Positions 10,237 to 19,355 of a stretch of DNA of 64,000 nt are shown one piece after another (the first letter of the stretch is position 1; each line of letters begins with the position of its first letter). The stretch spans positions 1,853 through 65,852 of the forward strand of contig JBIOJO010000013.1 in assembly GCA_044450965.1 (NCBI GenBank), in the 5' to 3' direction. Position numbers and translations under genes: made by a program. Source of the stretch: Elusimicrobiota bacterium (lineage in GTDB: Bacteria > Elusimicrobiota > Elusimicrobia > UBA1565 > UBA9628). A model generated the notes under the pieces. It was given only the letters and a program-made list of their open reading frames with translations, did no database searches and was not told the origin of the DNA.

Positions 10237-10725
10237 CTATTTGCCCTGACTGATCGTCGGGCCCGGGGGGATTTTTCTCACGAGACCCCCGATGAAATCT
10301 TGGCTACAGGTAGAATCCTCGAAGCTTTCGCGTTTGAGGGTAAGACCGAATTTCATCCAATACACCGCAATCGAATCCTTGGTTGTGCATTGGCCGACTG
10401 GATTGGATCGATAGAAATCCAAGGTCCTATCCAATTTTTTGAGTTCTTCAGCGGTTATCCAAAGAGAAGATTGTCGATCAGTCCCGGAAATATGGATTTT
10501 ACGGAGATCAGCTCCGCTCATTTTGAGCGTATAGGATTGATCGTTGAAGCATCCTTTAGAATGGAAAATAATTTTTACCGTTTCATTCGTGGCCAGTTCG
10601 GCGACTGAGCGGCGGGCGTTCTTTGAATTCTGTGCGGAGGTCGTGATCGCTGTGCAGAAAAGGATAAGTCCGGAAAACCAAAGTGCCTTCTTGATCACCG
10701 CATGTACACGCTTAAGCGGTGCCAT
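10237..10725 (-). CDS. hypothetical secreted protein in a low-GC islet
   Basis: Signal-peptide-like N-terminus (MAPLKRVHAVIKKALWFSGLILFCTAITTSAQ); local GC far below the window average. Confidence 0.4.
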   Translation of the reverse strand: MAPLKRVHAVIKKALWFSGLILFCTAITTSAQNSKNARRSVAELATNETVKIIFHSKGCFNDQSYTLKMSGADLRKIHISGTDRQSSLWITAEELKKLDRTLDFYRSNPVGQCTTKDSIAVYWMKFGLTLKRESFEDSTCSQDFIGGLVRKIPPGPTISQGK

Positions 10726-10898
10726 TTCGTTTTGGAGTCTTCGGCTTCCATGCACAGGCGCGCCGCTTCCTTGAGCCGTTTGTCCAACTCAGCGAGGGTG
10801 CGGGCTTGCGTGTGGCAACCCTTCAAGGCGGGAACCGTGCCGACGAAAAGTCCGTCTTCGTCTCGTTCCACGACGACGGGAAACCGGTACTTCCTCAT
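10695..10898 (-). CDS. hicB: HicB-like antitoxin domain protein (UPF0150), orphan
   Basis: MRKYRFPVVVERDEDGLFVGTVPALKGCHTQARTLAE matches the HicB N-terminal fold; no HicA partner found. Confidence 0.45.
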   Translation of the reverse strand: MRKYRFPVVVERDEDGLFVGTVPALKGCHTQARTLAELDKRLKEAARLCMEAEDSKTKWHRLSVYMR

Positions 10899-11017
10899 GC
10901 CGATAGCATAGCAGGGGCTTCCGGGCGTCGCAAGGCGGGGTGCCATTTCCAGATATCTCCACTCAGTATCCGCGGCAGGGGGTGGAAAAGTTCCCATTCA
11001 GGGCCTATGCTTCAGGC

Positions 11018-11503
11018 ATGAAACCGAATTTCAAACGGCTCCTCTTCGCGGCGGTCTTCGTTTCCGGGTGCGCCTCCGCCCCGCATAAGCCCTTCGTCCA
11101 GCTTCCGCCGGCCCCGAACACGGCCGCCGTGTATTTCTTCCGCCCGTCGGAGATGACCGGCATGCTGCTCAAGCCGACTCTCTCCGCGAACGGCGCGGCG
11201 CTGGGCAAGCTCGGCAACGAGACCTGCGCCGTCGCGAACCTGCCGCCGGGTTCCATCGCGCTGCGCTCCCAGTGGGCGGGCATCCCGGGTTCGTCCCGCG
11301 ACGACTCCGCGACCGTGAACGCCGAGGCGGGGAAGAACTATTTCGTCCGCGTGCGCTATCACACCGCGAAGTCCCACGCGGTGGCTCCGGCGGGAGTTCT
11401 CTCGTTCGAGGACCGGACGGGCCTGGAGGAGACGACCGAGGCCGAGGCCATGCCCAACCTGGAACGCATGGGCGCCTGCGCGACGCTGGCCCCGGCGAAG
11501 TAG
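11018..11503 (+). CDS. hypothetical lipoprotein
   Basis: Lipobox LLFAAVFVSGCAS; beta-rich remainder. Confidence 0.45.
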   Translation: MKPNFKRLLFAAVFVSGCASAPHKPFVQLPPAPNTAAVYFFRPSEMTGMLLKPTLSANGAALGKLGNETCAVANLPPGSIALRSQWAGIPGSSRDDSATVNAEAGKNYFVRVRYHTAKSHAVAPAGVLSFEDRTGLEETTEAEAMPNLERMGACATLAPAK

Positions 11504-11506
11504 AGA

Positions 11507-12034
11507 CTAGCGCCGGATCAACTGGCCCAGCAGGCAGAGCTGCGCCAGCCCCACCAGCAGGCACGCCAGCCGGAACAGGCGCTGCTTGCGCGCGGCCACG
11601 TGCGCGCTCTCCGCGATCTGGCCGATGATGTCCTCGTAGTAGGCCGTCGCCGTGATCCCGCCGCCCAGGTACTTGTCGAAGCGGAAGATCAGGTCGCCGT
11701 GCGTGTATTTGGCCAGGTCGTCGGGGGAGATGAAGTTGTCGGCCGTTCCGGGCCGGTGCCGGGGGGGCTCCAGGAACGCCAGCCACTTGGGCAGGCGGTT
11801 CAGCGGCGCGAAGGCGAACAGCCCCAGCGGCAAGGCGATCGTCAGGGCCGTCGTCGCCAACGAACCGAGCGGGTCCGAGGCCGCCGTGATCTTCAGGAAC
11901 GCCAACTCGGCCGCCGCGAAGACGGTGAGCGCCCCGACCTTCGTCTCCGTCCACTCCACCGCGTGGCGCATGCTGTCCAGGATGATCCACAGACGCCGTT
12001 CCGGCTCCGGCGTCAGGTGGGCGGAGACGCTCAT
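11507..12034 (-). CDS. hypothetical membrane protein (3 TM) co-oriented immediately downstream of the desaturase
   Basis: Two adjacent TM helices near the N-terminus and one at the C-terminus; start lies 2 nt after the desaturase stop. Confidence 0.4.
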   Translation of the reverse strand: MSVSAHLTPEPERRLWIILDSMRHAVEWTETKVGALTVFAAAELAFLKITAASDPLGSLATTALTIALPLGLFAFAPLNRLPKWLAFLEPPRHRPGTADNFISPDDLAKYTHGDLIFRFDKYLGGGITATAYYEDIIGQIAESAHVAARKQRLFRLACLLVGLAQLCLLGQLIRR

Positions 12035-12035
12035 C

Positions 12036-13070
12036 CTAGGCGGCGCTGCACGACGGCGCGCAGCGGACCGGGTGCGCGTTGTCCACGGCGTCGAAACCCA
12101 CCAGCTTGCCGGTCTTCTCGTCCCACAGGGCGAGGGACATGCACGACAGGCTGTTGAACAAGGTCAGCTTGGTGACCTTCTGGAAGACCGGGTTCTCCTT
12201 CATGCACCGCTCCAGGTTGTAGTTCGGGATGCGGCTGTTGAGGTGGTGGATGTGGTGGAAGCCGATGTTGCCGCTGACCCACTGGAGGATCCGGGGCAGC
12301 TCGTAGTACGAGCAGCCCTTCAGGCTGGCCTCGGTCAGGTCCCAGTTCTTGTCGGGACTCCAGTAGGTGCCTTCGAACTGATGTTGGATGTAGAACAGCC
12401 AGACGCCGGCGGACGCCGTGATCAGCACCAAGGGGAGCTGCGCCCTCAGGAACGGCCACAGGCCCACCGTGTACGACGCGATGAGAAGGATGGAGGCCAA
12501 AACCACGTCGGTGAGCAGAATGCTCAGCCGCTCCTGCTTCCAGTCCGGCGGCACGATGACCGGGATCCGGTGGTTGATGACGAAGTGGTACGCCGGACCG
12601 ATGATGAACATCACCGGCGCGGAGCGGTACACCCGGTACTTCCACTGCCCCCAGCCCGAGAGCTTGTCGTACTCCTCGATGGTCAAGGTGTTGATGTCGC
12701 CGTACCCGCGCCGCTCCAGGTTGCCCGAGGTGGCGTGGTGAATGGCGTGCGTCTGCCGCCAGTAGCGGTACGGCGTCAAGGTGAACACCCCAAGCACCGC
12801 GCCGACCATGTCGTTGGCGCGCTGGGACTTGAAGAAGGAGCCGTGGCCGCAGTCGTGCTGGATGATGAACAGGCGCATCATGAAGGCCGCGCCGGGAAAG
12901 GCGAGCAGCAGGCTCAGCCAGCCGTGACCGCGGCTGTGCAGGAAGTGCATCAGCACGACGATCGCGAGATAAGGGAGCGCCGTGTTCGCCAGTTGGCCGA
13001 TGCTGGCGAGGAGATTGGGTTCCTTATATTTAGCAAGCAACACGTTGAGCGAGGCGATGTCTTTAATCAT
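12036..13070 (-). CDS. membrane fatty acid desaturase (acyl-lipid desaturase, DesA-like)
   Basis: Three histidine boxes: HDCGHGS, HAIHHATSGN, FHHIHH; multiple TM helices. Confidence 0.85.
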   Translation of the reverse strand: MIKDIASLNVLLAKYKEPNLLASIGQLANTALPYLAIVVLMHFLHSRGHGWLSLLLAFPGAAFMMRLFIIQHDCGHGSFFKSQRANDMVGAVLGVFTLTPYRYWRQTHAIHHATSGNLERRGYGDINTLTIEEYDKLSGWGQWKYRVYRSAPVMFIIGPAYHFVINHRIPVIVPPDWKQERLSILLTDVVLASILLIASYTVGLWPFLRAQLPLVLITASAGVWLFYIQHQFEGTYWSPDKNWDLTEASLKGCSYYELPRILQWVSGNIGFHHIHHLNSRIPNYNLERCMKENPVFQKVTKLTLFNSLSCMSLALWDEKTGKLVGFDAVDNAHPVRCAPSCSAA

Positions 13071-13276
13071 GCCTGAATAGGATGCTCGTATTGTCTCGAA
13101 AAATCAATAGATGGATGGGAAGTCCGCGACGCCGATTCGCCCACCCAGGAATCTATGTAACACGGCCGCGCCGCGGCTCCCGGGCCTTCGGACCTGGATG
13201 GAGGTGGGCCATAGTCGTCCGCCATTCGGGCCGAATGGTCCCCGACGGTCCGGCCGCTGGGGCTTATAATCGGTTC

Positions 13277-15550
13277 ATGAGATTGCTGCGGAGAGCGCTC
13301 GCGGTCCTTCTGTCCTACGCGATCGGAGTCCAGCCCGCCGTCGCGCAGTTTAATGTTGGGCGCGTCGCGGCGCCCTCCGTTTCCGGCGCGGGCTCGGCCG
13401 CCGCGGCGGTCAATTCCGGCGCGTCGGTCCAATCCGTCCAACTGACGACGTTGGGCGTCGTTCCCAATCTTTCCGTTGCCGCTTCCCTGAGCGCGCCGTC
13501 GGTCATGGCCGCCCCGTCCGTTTTCGCCGTGCCGGTCGCGGCCGTGCTTCCCGTGTCCGCCGTTTCCGCCGTCGCCGTCGCTCCCGCCTTGGCCCTCCGC
13601 GCCGTCCCCGCCGCCCCGACGGCGACGCAGCCCTCGAAGCCGGAAAAGATTTCCGTCACGCAGCATGTCGCGCAAATCTCCGTCGCAGCCCAAAACGCCG
13701 TACATGACATCGGCCGCGCCTCCGGCGCGGAATCCCGCGAGAAGGCCGACGCCCAGTTCACCGCGCTCCTTGAAAGCCGCCGCATCGCCGCGTCGGACGG
13801 GATCGAGACGCGCGTCCCGTCGGCGCTGTCCCGCGCGGACGCGCCGCGCGCCTATCTCGACGCGCCGACGCCCGCGGCGCCGAGCGGAGGGGAAAAAGCC
13901 GGCGTCCCCGCGCCGAAGGCCCCGAAGACCGGGATCTTCACCGTGTTCCGCGATCCGGTCCGCAACAGCGCGTTCTGGCGCTACGTCTCCGGCTACGCGA
14001 TCTTCCTGTTCGGCTACGAGATGTACGTGGTCGGCCTGCCCTACCTGATCTCGTCGATGACCACGAACTCCCTCAAGGAGCACAAGGACGCCCGCGTCGG
14101 AAACGACGAGGCGGTCAAGGAGCTGATCCGCACCAACCGCTCCCTGTCGCGCATCGCCCACTGGTTCGCCCAGGGCGTCAGCTACATCGCGATTCCTCTT
14201 TTCACCCGCAATCAGGAGACGGACGGTCCGAAGAAGTGGCTGGTGAAGTCCATGCTGATACGCGCCGGCGTTCTGGCCGCGGTTCCGGTCGTGTTCTTCG
14301 CCACGGGCGTGCTGGGACTGCACGCGGCCATGTGGGTGCTGTTCGGCTTGATCGCCGCGCAGGCGTTCTTCCAGGGAATCTCCGTGACGGCCGAGGGCGC
14401 CGCGACCACCCGCCTGCTGGGCGACAAGAGCGTCACCACCGACGAGCGCACCAAGGCCAACTCGATTCTGACCGTGCTGGCGGCCGTCATCGCCATCATC
14501 GGCCCGCTGGTCGCTGGGCAGATCGCCATGATCGGCCCCGTGATGGGCAAGAGCGGCGTCGGCGGCGCGGTCATCTACGGCATCTACGCCGGCGCCATCG
14601 CCGTGACCGGCCTGATCTACGCCACCATCAAGATGTTCGGCGGTCAGAGCGAGTCCACCAAGCTGGCCATCGCCCGCGGCGAGAAGCCGGACGCGGCCGC
14701 GCCGAAGACCCTCAAGGGCGTGATGAAGGAGCTGTGGACCTCCATCAAGGACGGCACCCGGATCGTTTTCAAGGACCGCCTTTTGCGCACCATGCTGCTG
14801 ATGTCCATGGTCAGCTCCCTGTTCTCCGACCCGCTGGTGTTCAACGTGCTGCCCGAATACATCGAGGGCCTGGTCGCCAAGAGCCCCGGCTCCGTCGGCG
14901 CCATCATGGGCATTCCCGGAATCGGCTGGTTCCTGAAGACTTTGACCGCCACGCCGATGGGCAACTTCGCGCTGATGATGGTCATGGCCAGCGTGGGCAG
15001 CATCGTGGCCACCTTGCTGATGAAGCCGCTGACCAAGCTGTTCCACAAATTCGGCTTCAAGACCGAGGAAGGCCTCACCGTCCCGTTCTACTTCCTGGCG
15101 GCCTTGGAAGCGCCCCTCTTCTTCCTGATGATCAACACGCCCACCATGCTGGGCGCCATCGCGCTGTACGGCCTGCAGTCCTTGGTCACCGGCTTCATCG
15201 GCATCGCCATCCAGGGTCTCTACCAGAAGAACCTGGGCAACCAGAAGGACGGCGACGTGAACAAGATCCTGGCGGCCGACTCCCTGCTGGGCATCGGCGC
15301 CGCCATCGTGTCCACCTTCGCCTACGGCTTCCTGCTCAAGAACATCCCCATCGCCACGTCCTTGATGATCGCCGCCATCGCCACCGGCGTGGTCGCCTTG
15401 ATCCGCCTGGCGGCGCCGTTCCTGTCGTTCACGAAGGATCAGCGCAAGCCGCCGTCCGATCCGCCGGCGCCCAAGGTGCCGTCCGCCAACGCCCTGCCGT
15501 CCACGGGCGTCCACAACGGCGCGAACTCCGTCCAATCCACGAACCTCTGA
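13277..15550 (+). CDS. MFS-type transporter with an N-terminal signal peptide and a roughly 200-aa Ala/Pro/Ser/Val-rich low-complexity extension
   Basis: 12-14 predicted TM helices after aa ~220 with an MFS-like loop arrangement; start chosen at the MRLLRRALAVLLSYA signal-like Met rather than the track start. Confidence 0.45.
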   Translation: MRLLRRALAVLLSYAIGVQPAVAQFNVGRVAAPSVSGAGSAAAAVNSGASVQSVQLTTLGVVPNLSVAASLSAPSVMAAPSVFAVPVAAVLPVSAVSAVAVAPALALRAVPAAPTATQPSKPEKISVTQHVAQISVAAQNAVHDIGRASGAESREKADAQFTALLESRRIAASDGIETRVPSALSRADAPRAYLDAPTPAAPSGGEKAGVPAPKAPKTGIFTVFRDPVRNSAFWRYVSGYAIFLFGYEMYVVGLPYLISSMTTNSLKEHKDARVGNDEAVKELIRTNRSLSRIAHWFAQGVSYIAIPLFTRNQETDGPKKWLVKSMLIRAGVLAAVPVVFFATGVLGLHAAMWVLFGLIAAQAFFQGISVTAEGAATTRLLGDKSVTTDERTKANSILTVLAAVIAIIGPLVAGQIAMIGPVMGKSGVGGAVIYGIYAGAIAVTGLIYATIKMFGGQSESTKLAIARGEKPDAAAPKTLKGVMKELWTSIKDGTRIVFKDRLLRTMLLMSMVSSLFSDPLVFNVLPEYIEGLVAKSPGSVGAIMGIPGIGWFLKTLTATPMGNFALMMVMASVGSIVATLLMKPLTKLFHKFGFKTEEGLTVPFYFLAALEAPLFFLMINTPTMLGAIALYGLQSLVTGFIGIAIQGLYQKNLGNQKDGDVNKILAADSLLGIGAAIVSTFAYGFLLKNIPIATSLMIAAIATGVVALIRLAAPFLSFTKDQRKPPSDPPAPKVPSANALPSTGVHNGANSVQSTNL

Positions 15551-15590
15551 CGCGCGCCGCGTTGGACCGGCGGATTGTTAGAATGAGGTC

Positions 15591-16109
15591 ATGAACCGAT
15601 TCCTCGTTCTCCTGTCGGCCGCCGTCCTGGCCGCTTCCGCCGCGGCCGCCGCCTCGCCGGGCGCCGCCGCGGATTATGCCGGCTTCGTCTCGGCGTGGCG
15701 TCAGGACTGCACCAACGGCTGCGGCGTGCCCGCGGGCGCCGGGCCCGGCCAGGCGGCGGCGTTCCGTTTGGACGTTCCGATGAACCCGGGAGAGGCGCGC
15801 ACGACGAAATTCGAGCGCGAGTTCGTTTTGGCCCCGACCGGAGAGCGGATCAAGGCGGCCTTCACCGTTTACGCCGTGTGTCCCCACGGCGCCAAGCCCG
15901 AGCCAGGCGGCGACTCCTGCCCGTCGCGCTACGTCCAAATCCAGGCCGTCCTGTCGGGCGACGCCCGCGCCTTCTGCGCCGCGTCCTTGAACGACGCCGA
16001 CGCCCGGCCGTTCCCCGTCATGATGTGCGCCGGGGAGAACCTGCGCCGCCCCGGCGAAAGGCTGGGGATCAGCTTGTCGCGCCAGGCCGTCGCGGCGCTC
16101 GCTCCTTAG
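15591..16109 (+). CDS. hypothetical secreted Cys-containing protein
   Basis: Ala-rich signal peptide; 6 Cys. Confidence 0.4.
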   Translation: MNRFLVLLSAAVLAASAAAAASPGAAADYAGFVSAWRQDCTNGCGVPAGAGPGQAAAFRLDVPMNPGEARTTKFEREFVLAPTGERIKAAFTVYAVCPHGAKPEPGGDSCPSRYVQIQAVLSGDARAFCAASLNDADARPFPVMMCAGENLRRPGERLGISLSRQAVAALAP

Positions 16110-16606
16110 CGGAGGAAGATCAACGGCGCCCAGATCGGCGCCGTGGCGACGCCCAGAACGAGCGCGACCGCGACCGGATAAACCACCAGCGCCGCGGGCA
16201 CCTCCCACACGCGGTTCCAGCAGGAACGCAGCGGGCCGGCCTCGTGCTCCTCGTAGCTGGGAACGCGGAACAGCGGACGGCAGCGGCCGGTGGGGGCCGA
16301 GACCTCGTAGTCGGTCAGATCCCAGTCCTCGCCGACCCGGCGGGCTTTTCCCAACGCCGGAATTTCGGAGCCGGCGCACAGTTGGCGCGGCAATGTCTCC
16401 AGCTTCTTGTTTTGCGCCATCTCCACCGGCAGGCAGGTGATGTCCAGCACGGTCCCGTCGCGCTCGACGCGCAAAGTCCGCCCTGTGTCGGAGGTGTAGT
16501 AGCGGGCGTACGAATCCTCGAGGAAGTAGGACCGGGCGGGGCCGGGCGTCGCGCAGGCGCTCAGCAGCGCGGCCAGGCCCGCGGTCCGCGCGGCGCGGAG
16601 GTTCAC
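16106..16606 (-). CDS. hypothetical lipoprotein with a C-terminal TM anchor
   Basis: Lipobox LLSACAT; C-terminal hydrophobic helix. Confidence 0.4.
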   Translation of the reverse strand: MNLRAARTAGLAALLSACATPGPARSYFLEDSYARYYTSDTGRTLRVERDGTVLDITCLPVEMAQNKKLETLPRQLCAGSEIPALGKARRVGEDWDLTDYEVSAPTGRCRPLFRVPSYEEHEAGPLRSCWNRVWEVPAALVVYPVAVALVLGVATAPIWAPLIFLR

Positions 16607-16612
16607 GCCGGC

Positions 16613-16855
16613 CTACTCTTTTTCTTTAAGGGACGAATTGTTGTCGGCGATGAACGCGCGGATCGCGTCCGACATCTCGAGAATCTTAAGCCACTGCTCC
16701 TTGTAGAGAGTGACGGGGAAGCGGCCCATGCCTTAGAGGGACACCGCGCCCTTCTGGCTGACCTTCAGGGAGATGCCCCGGGAGCCGGCCTTCTTCAGCG
16801 CCTCGTTTTCCGCCTTCAGCTTCGCCAATTCGGCGATCAACGCTTCTTCGCTCAT
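16613..16855 (-). pseudogene. Small gene (about 80 codons) interrupted by an in-frame TAA
   Basis: MSEEALIAELAKLKAENEALKKAGSRGISLKVSQKGAVSL-TAA-GMGRFPVTLYKEQWLKILEMSDAIRAFIADNNSSLKEKE reads continuously through the stop at about 16733-16735; ATG overlaps the upstream stop (ATGA). Confidence 0.35.
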
Positions 16856-17136
16856 CAGGGTCTCCTCGGGGCGACTTCAAAACGGCGGAAAGTGGAGTTG
16901 ACCGTCTCTCCGGCGCGCGTGGTCCCGCGCGCGGCGACGGTGTGCGTGCCGGCGCCGTAGCCGCTCCAGTCGTACCACCACAGGCCGCAGGCGTGGCGGC
17001 AGCGCTCCCACGGCCCGCGGTTGATCGAGATCTCGGCCTCGATCAGCGCCTCGGTCGCCGAGATGCGGAACGTGTAGCTGGCGGGGGCGATGGTCTCGCC
17101 GGAGCCCGGGTAGTCGATTTCAATTTGTGGCTGCAT
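16855..17136 (-). CDS. hypothetical 93-aa protein (possible Ig-like beta fold)
   Basis: ATGA-coupled to the downstream small gene and overlaps the upstream GT-C gene by 17 nt. Confidence 0.4.
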   Translation of the reverse strand: MQPQIEIDYPGSGETIAPASYTFRISATEALIEAEISINRGPWERCRHACGLWWYDWSGYGAGTHTVAARGTTRAGETVNSTFRRFEVAPRRP

Positions 17137-18690
17137 GGGGATGCTCGTGGACGGCGTTCGGTGGGATTGTAACTTTAATGCCGGTCATTCGCGGTGCGGC
17201 GCTGAGCTGGAAGACGTAGCCGTTCCGGTTCTCGGCCAGGATCGTGAAGCGCTTGTCTTCGCGGATCAGGCGGCGCAGCGCCGTGAACTTGCCGCCGCAC
17301 AGTCCGTAGCGCGCGTGAAAGGTGCCGGTCAGGGTCTCGACGGTCTCGTCGGCGTCGAGCTTTCCGTTGGCGACGTCGAACCAGCTCTGCCAGATCTGCG
17401 GGTTCCAGTAGTACATGAACGTGGGGTCCATCAGCACCGGGTACTGGTGCTGATGGTTGTAGAAAAGCAGCTCCGGGGTCTCGTCCCAGTCGCAGGTGTA
17501 GATCATCTCGCCGGGCGGAGCCTTCGCGGCCAAGACCGCGGCCAGCTCCTTGAAGCGCGGCGGGTTGATGCGGGAGAAATCGTTGTAGACGATGTTGGCT
17601 TCCGAACCGCTGGCCGCTCCCATCGCGATCAGCCAGGCGAAGGCGAAAGCCATGCCCGGCTTGCCGTAGTCCCGGCGGAAGTCCTCCGGGCCGTAGCCGG
17701 CGAACACGTCCTCGAACAGGAACGCGCAGAACAAGGTCGTCACGGGGATCGAGTATTCGACGAAGCGCTTGGAGCCGCAGGTGAGAAGGACGACGATCAG
17801 GGCGATCGGAAACATCAGGCGGGTGCGCTCCGACAGCGGCGTGCGGCGGTGCATGAACACGAAGAAAATCCCGACCAGGTGGGCGATCAGCACCGCGTGC
17901 GCGCCGACGATCTGGCGCGTGTCCAGCGGGAGAAATTCGCCCGCCAGGTAGAGGTTCACCTTGCTGGTCATCGCCAGGAACATCACGTAGAAATTCTGGA
18001 CGTAGAAGAACGTGAGGTTCTTGGGGAAATAGGGATGGAGCAAGGTCGCCAGGGCGTAGGCGCCCAGGCCCGCCAGCAGGATGCCGCGCTCGTCGCGCCG
18101 TTCGACGACTTTCAGGTAGGCCCAGCGCACGACGGAAAAGACCTGGGGGAGGAACGCGGCCACGTACGACAGCGGATACAGAAAGCTCATGGCGGCGAAC
18201 CGTTTCCGGTTGCCGTTGATCAGGAAATGGATGCTCCATAGGAGCAGGGCGGCGGACAGCACCTGGGGCCGGAGCACCATCATCCGCCACCAGAAGAAGC
18301 CTCCGCCCAGGAGGAACACCCAGAACCAATAAAGGCGGTCGCGGACCTTGTTGAGCGTCAGGATGGCGAAGAAGCTGGAGAGAGTGAAGGCCGAGAGAAC
18401 CAAGGTCGCCGCCTTGCCGCCGGCCATCAGGTCGCCGAACGTGAACGGAATCAGGAACAGGTGGAAGACGATGCTTCCGTCGCTGAAGCCGTCGCGCCAC
18501 AGGCTGAATTGGGTCCAGGGGAAGCCCGAGCGGAACAGGCCGTGGTGGCGGAGAAGCCAGGCGAACTTGATGTGGTAGTAGGAGTCTTCCTCGCCGAGGA
18601 ACGGCGTCTGGTACTGATACGCGGCGCAGATGGCGGCGCACACGGCGAAGGCGGCCAGCCATTCCAGCCAAAATCGGCGCGTTCGGCCCA
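17120..18690 (-). CDS. polytopic membrane protein with a C-terminal periplasmic domain, putative GT-C type glycosyltransferase
   Basis: About 12 TM helices then a 150-aa soluble domain; start taken at MGRTRRFWLEWLAAF because the upstream in-frame part is antisense to gene 18752..19333. Confidence 0.4.
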
Positions 18691-18751
18691 TAGACGGGAT
18701 TGTAATAAATCCTTTCCGCGTGTCTTCGTTCCAATGTGACTTAATCGTCCC

Positions 18752-19333
18752 TTGAATTCGCCCGGGCCCGGGGCTACACTGACGACGAGGGTCCTCTCCG
18801 CCGAGATGATCAAAACCACCCGTTCCCGCCTGGAGATTCGACAGGAGCCCGACCGGACGTCGTCGGTCGTCGGCGCTTTGCTCGTGGCCGTCGGGGCGAC
18901 CGAGGCGCTGCTGTCGATCGCCGCGCTGATCGCCGAAGGCGCGGCGCCTTCGGGCCGCGGCTTCCTTCTGCCCGCGATCCGGCTGGCCGTGTCGGCGCTG
19001 TTCGCGGCGTCCGGCTGGTTCTTCCTCCGCGGCCGGTCCCGCGTGGTGCTGGACCTCGATCACCGGATGGTCGCGCGCTACATGGGCGTCGGCAGCCGCT
19101 CGAGCGGCGGCAACGAAAGCTGGGACCTCGAGGAATTCCGCGCGGTGGTCCTGGTGCGCCGCGAGAGGCGCCGGCCGTTCTCGGGATTCCGGTCGCGCAC
19201 GGAGGCCGTCTGCCTGCGCCGCCCCGACGGCAGCGATCTGGAGCTGCATTGGTCGTCCGACGGCGGCGCGGAGATCGCGGCGCGCGTCGCGGACTTCTCG
19301 GGCCTGCCTTTCCTCGGCCGCGACGCGACCTGA
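18752..19333 (+). CDS. hypothetical 2-TM membrane protein
   Basis: Two hydrophobic helices followed by a charged domain. Confidence 0.4.
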   Translation: MNSPGPGATLTTRVLSAEMIKTTRSRLEIRQEPDRTSSVVGALLVAVGATEALLSIAALIAEGAAPSGRGFLLPAIRLAVSALFAASGWFFLRGRSRVVLDLDHRMVARYMGVGSRSSGGNESWDLEEFRAVVLVRRERRRPFSGFRSRTEAVCLRRPDGSDLELHWSSDGGAEIAARVADFSGLPFLGRDAT

Positions 19334-19355
19334 CGCGGCCGCGCGATGTGGTAAC

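Noticed and set aside
10899-11017. Search for a hicA partner of the HicB-like gene
   Set aside because: Too little non-overlapping coding space and no HicA-like sequence in any frame.
13067-15535. 822-aa minus-strand ORF overlapping the MFS gene
   Set aside because: Mirror-frame artefact of the plus-strand membrane protein; low-complexity R/G/D-rich translation.
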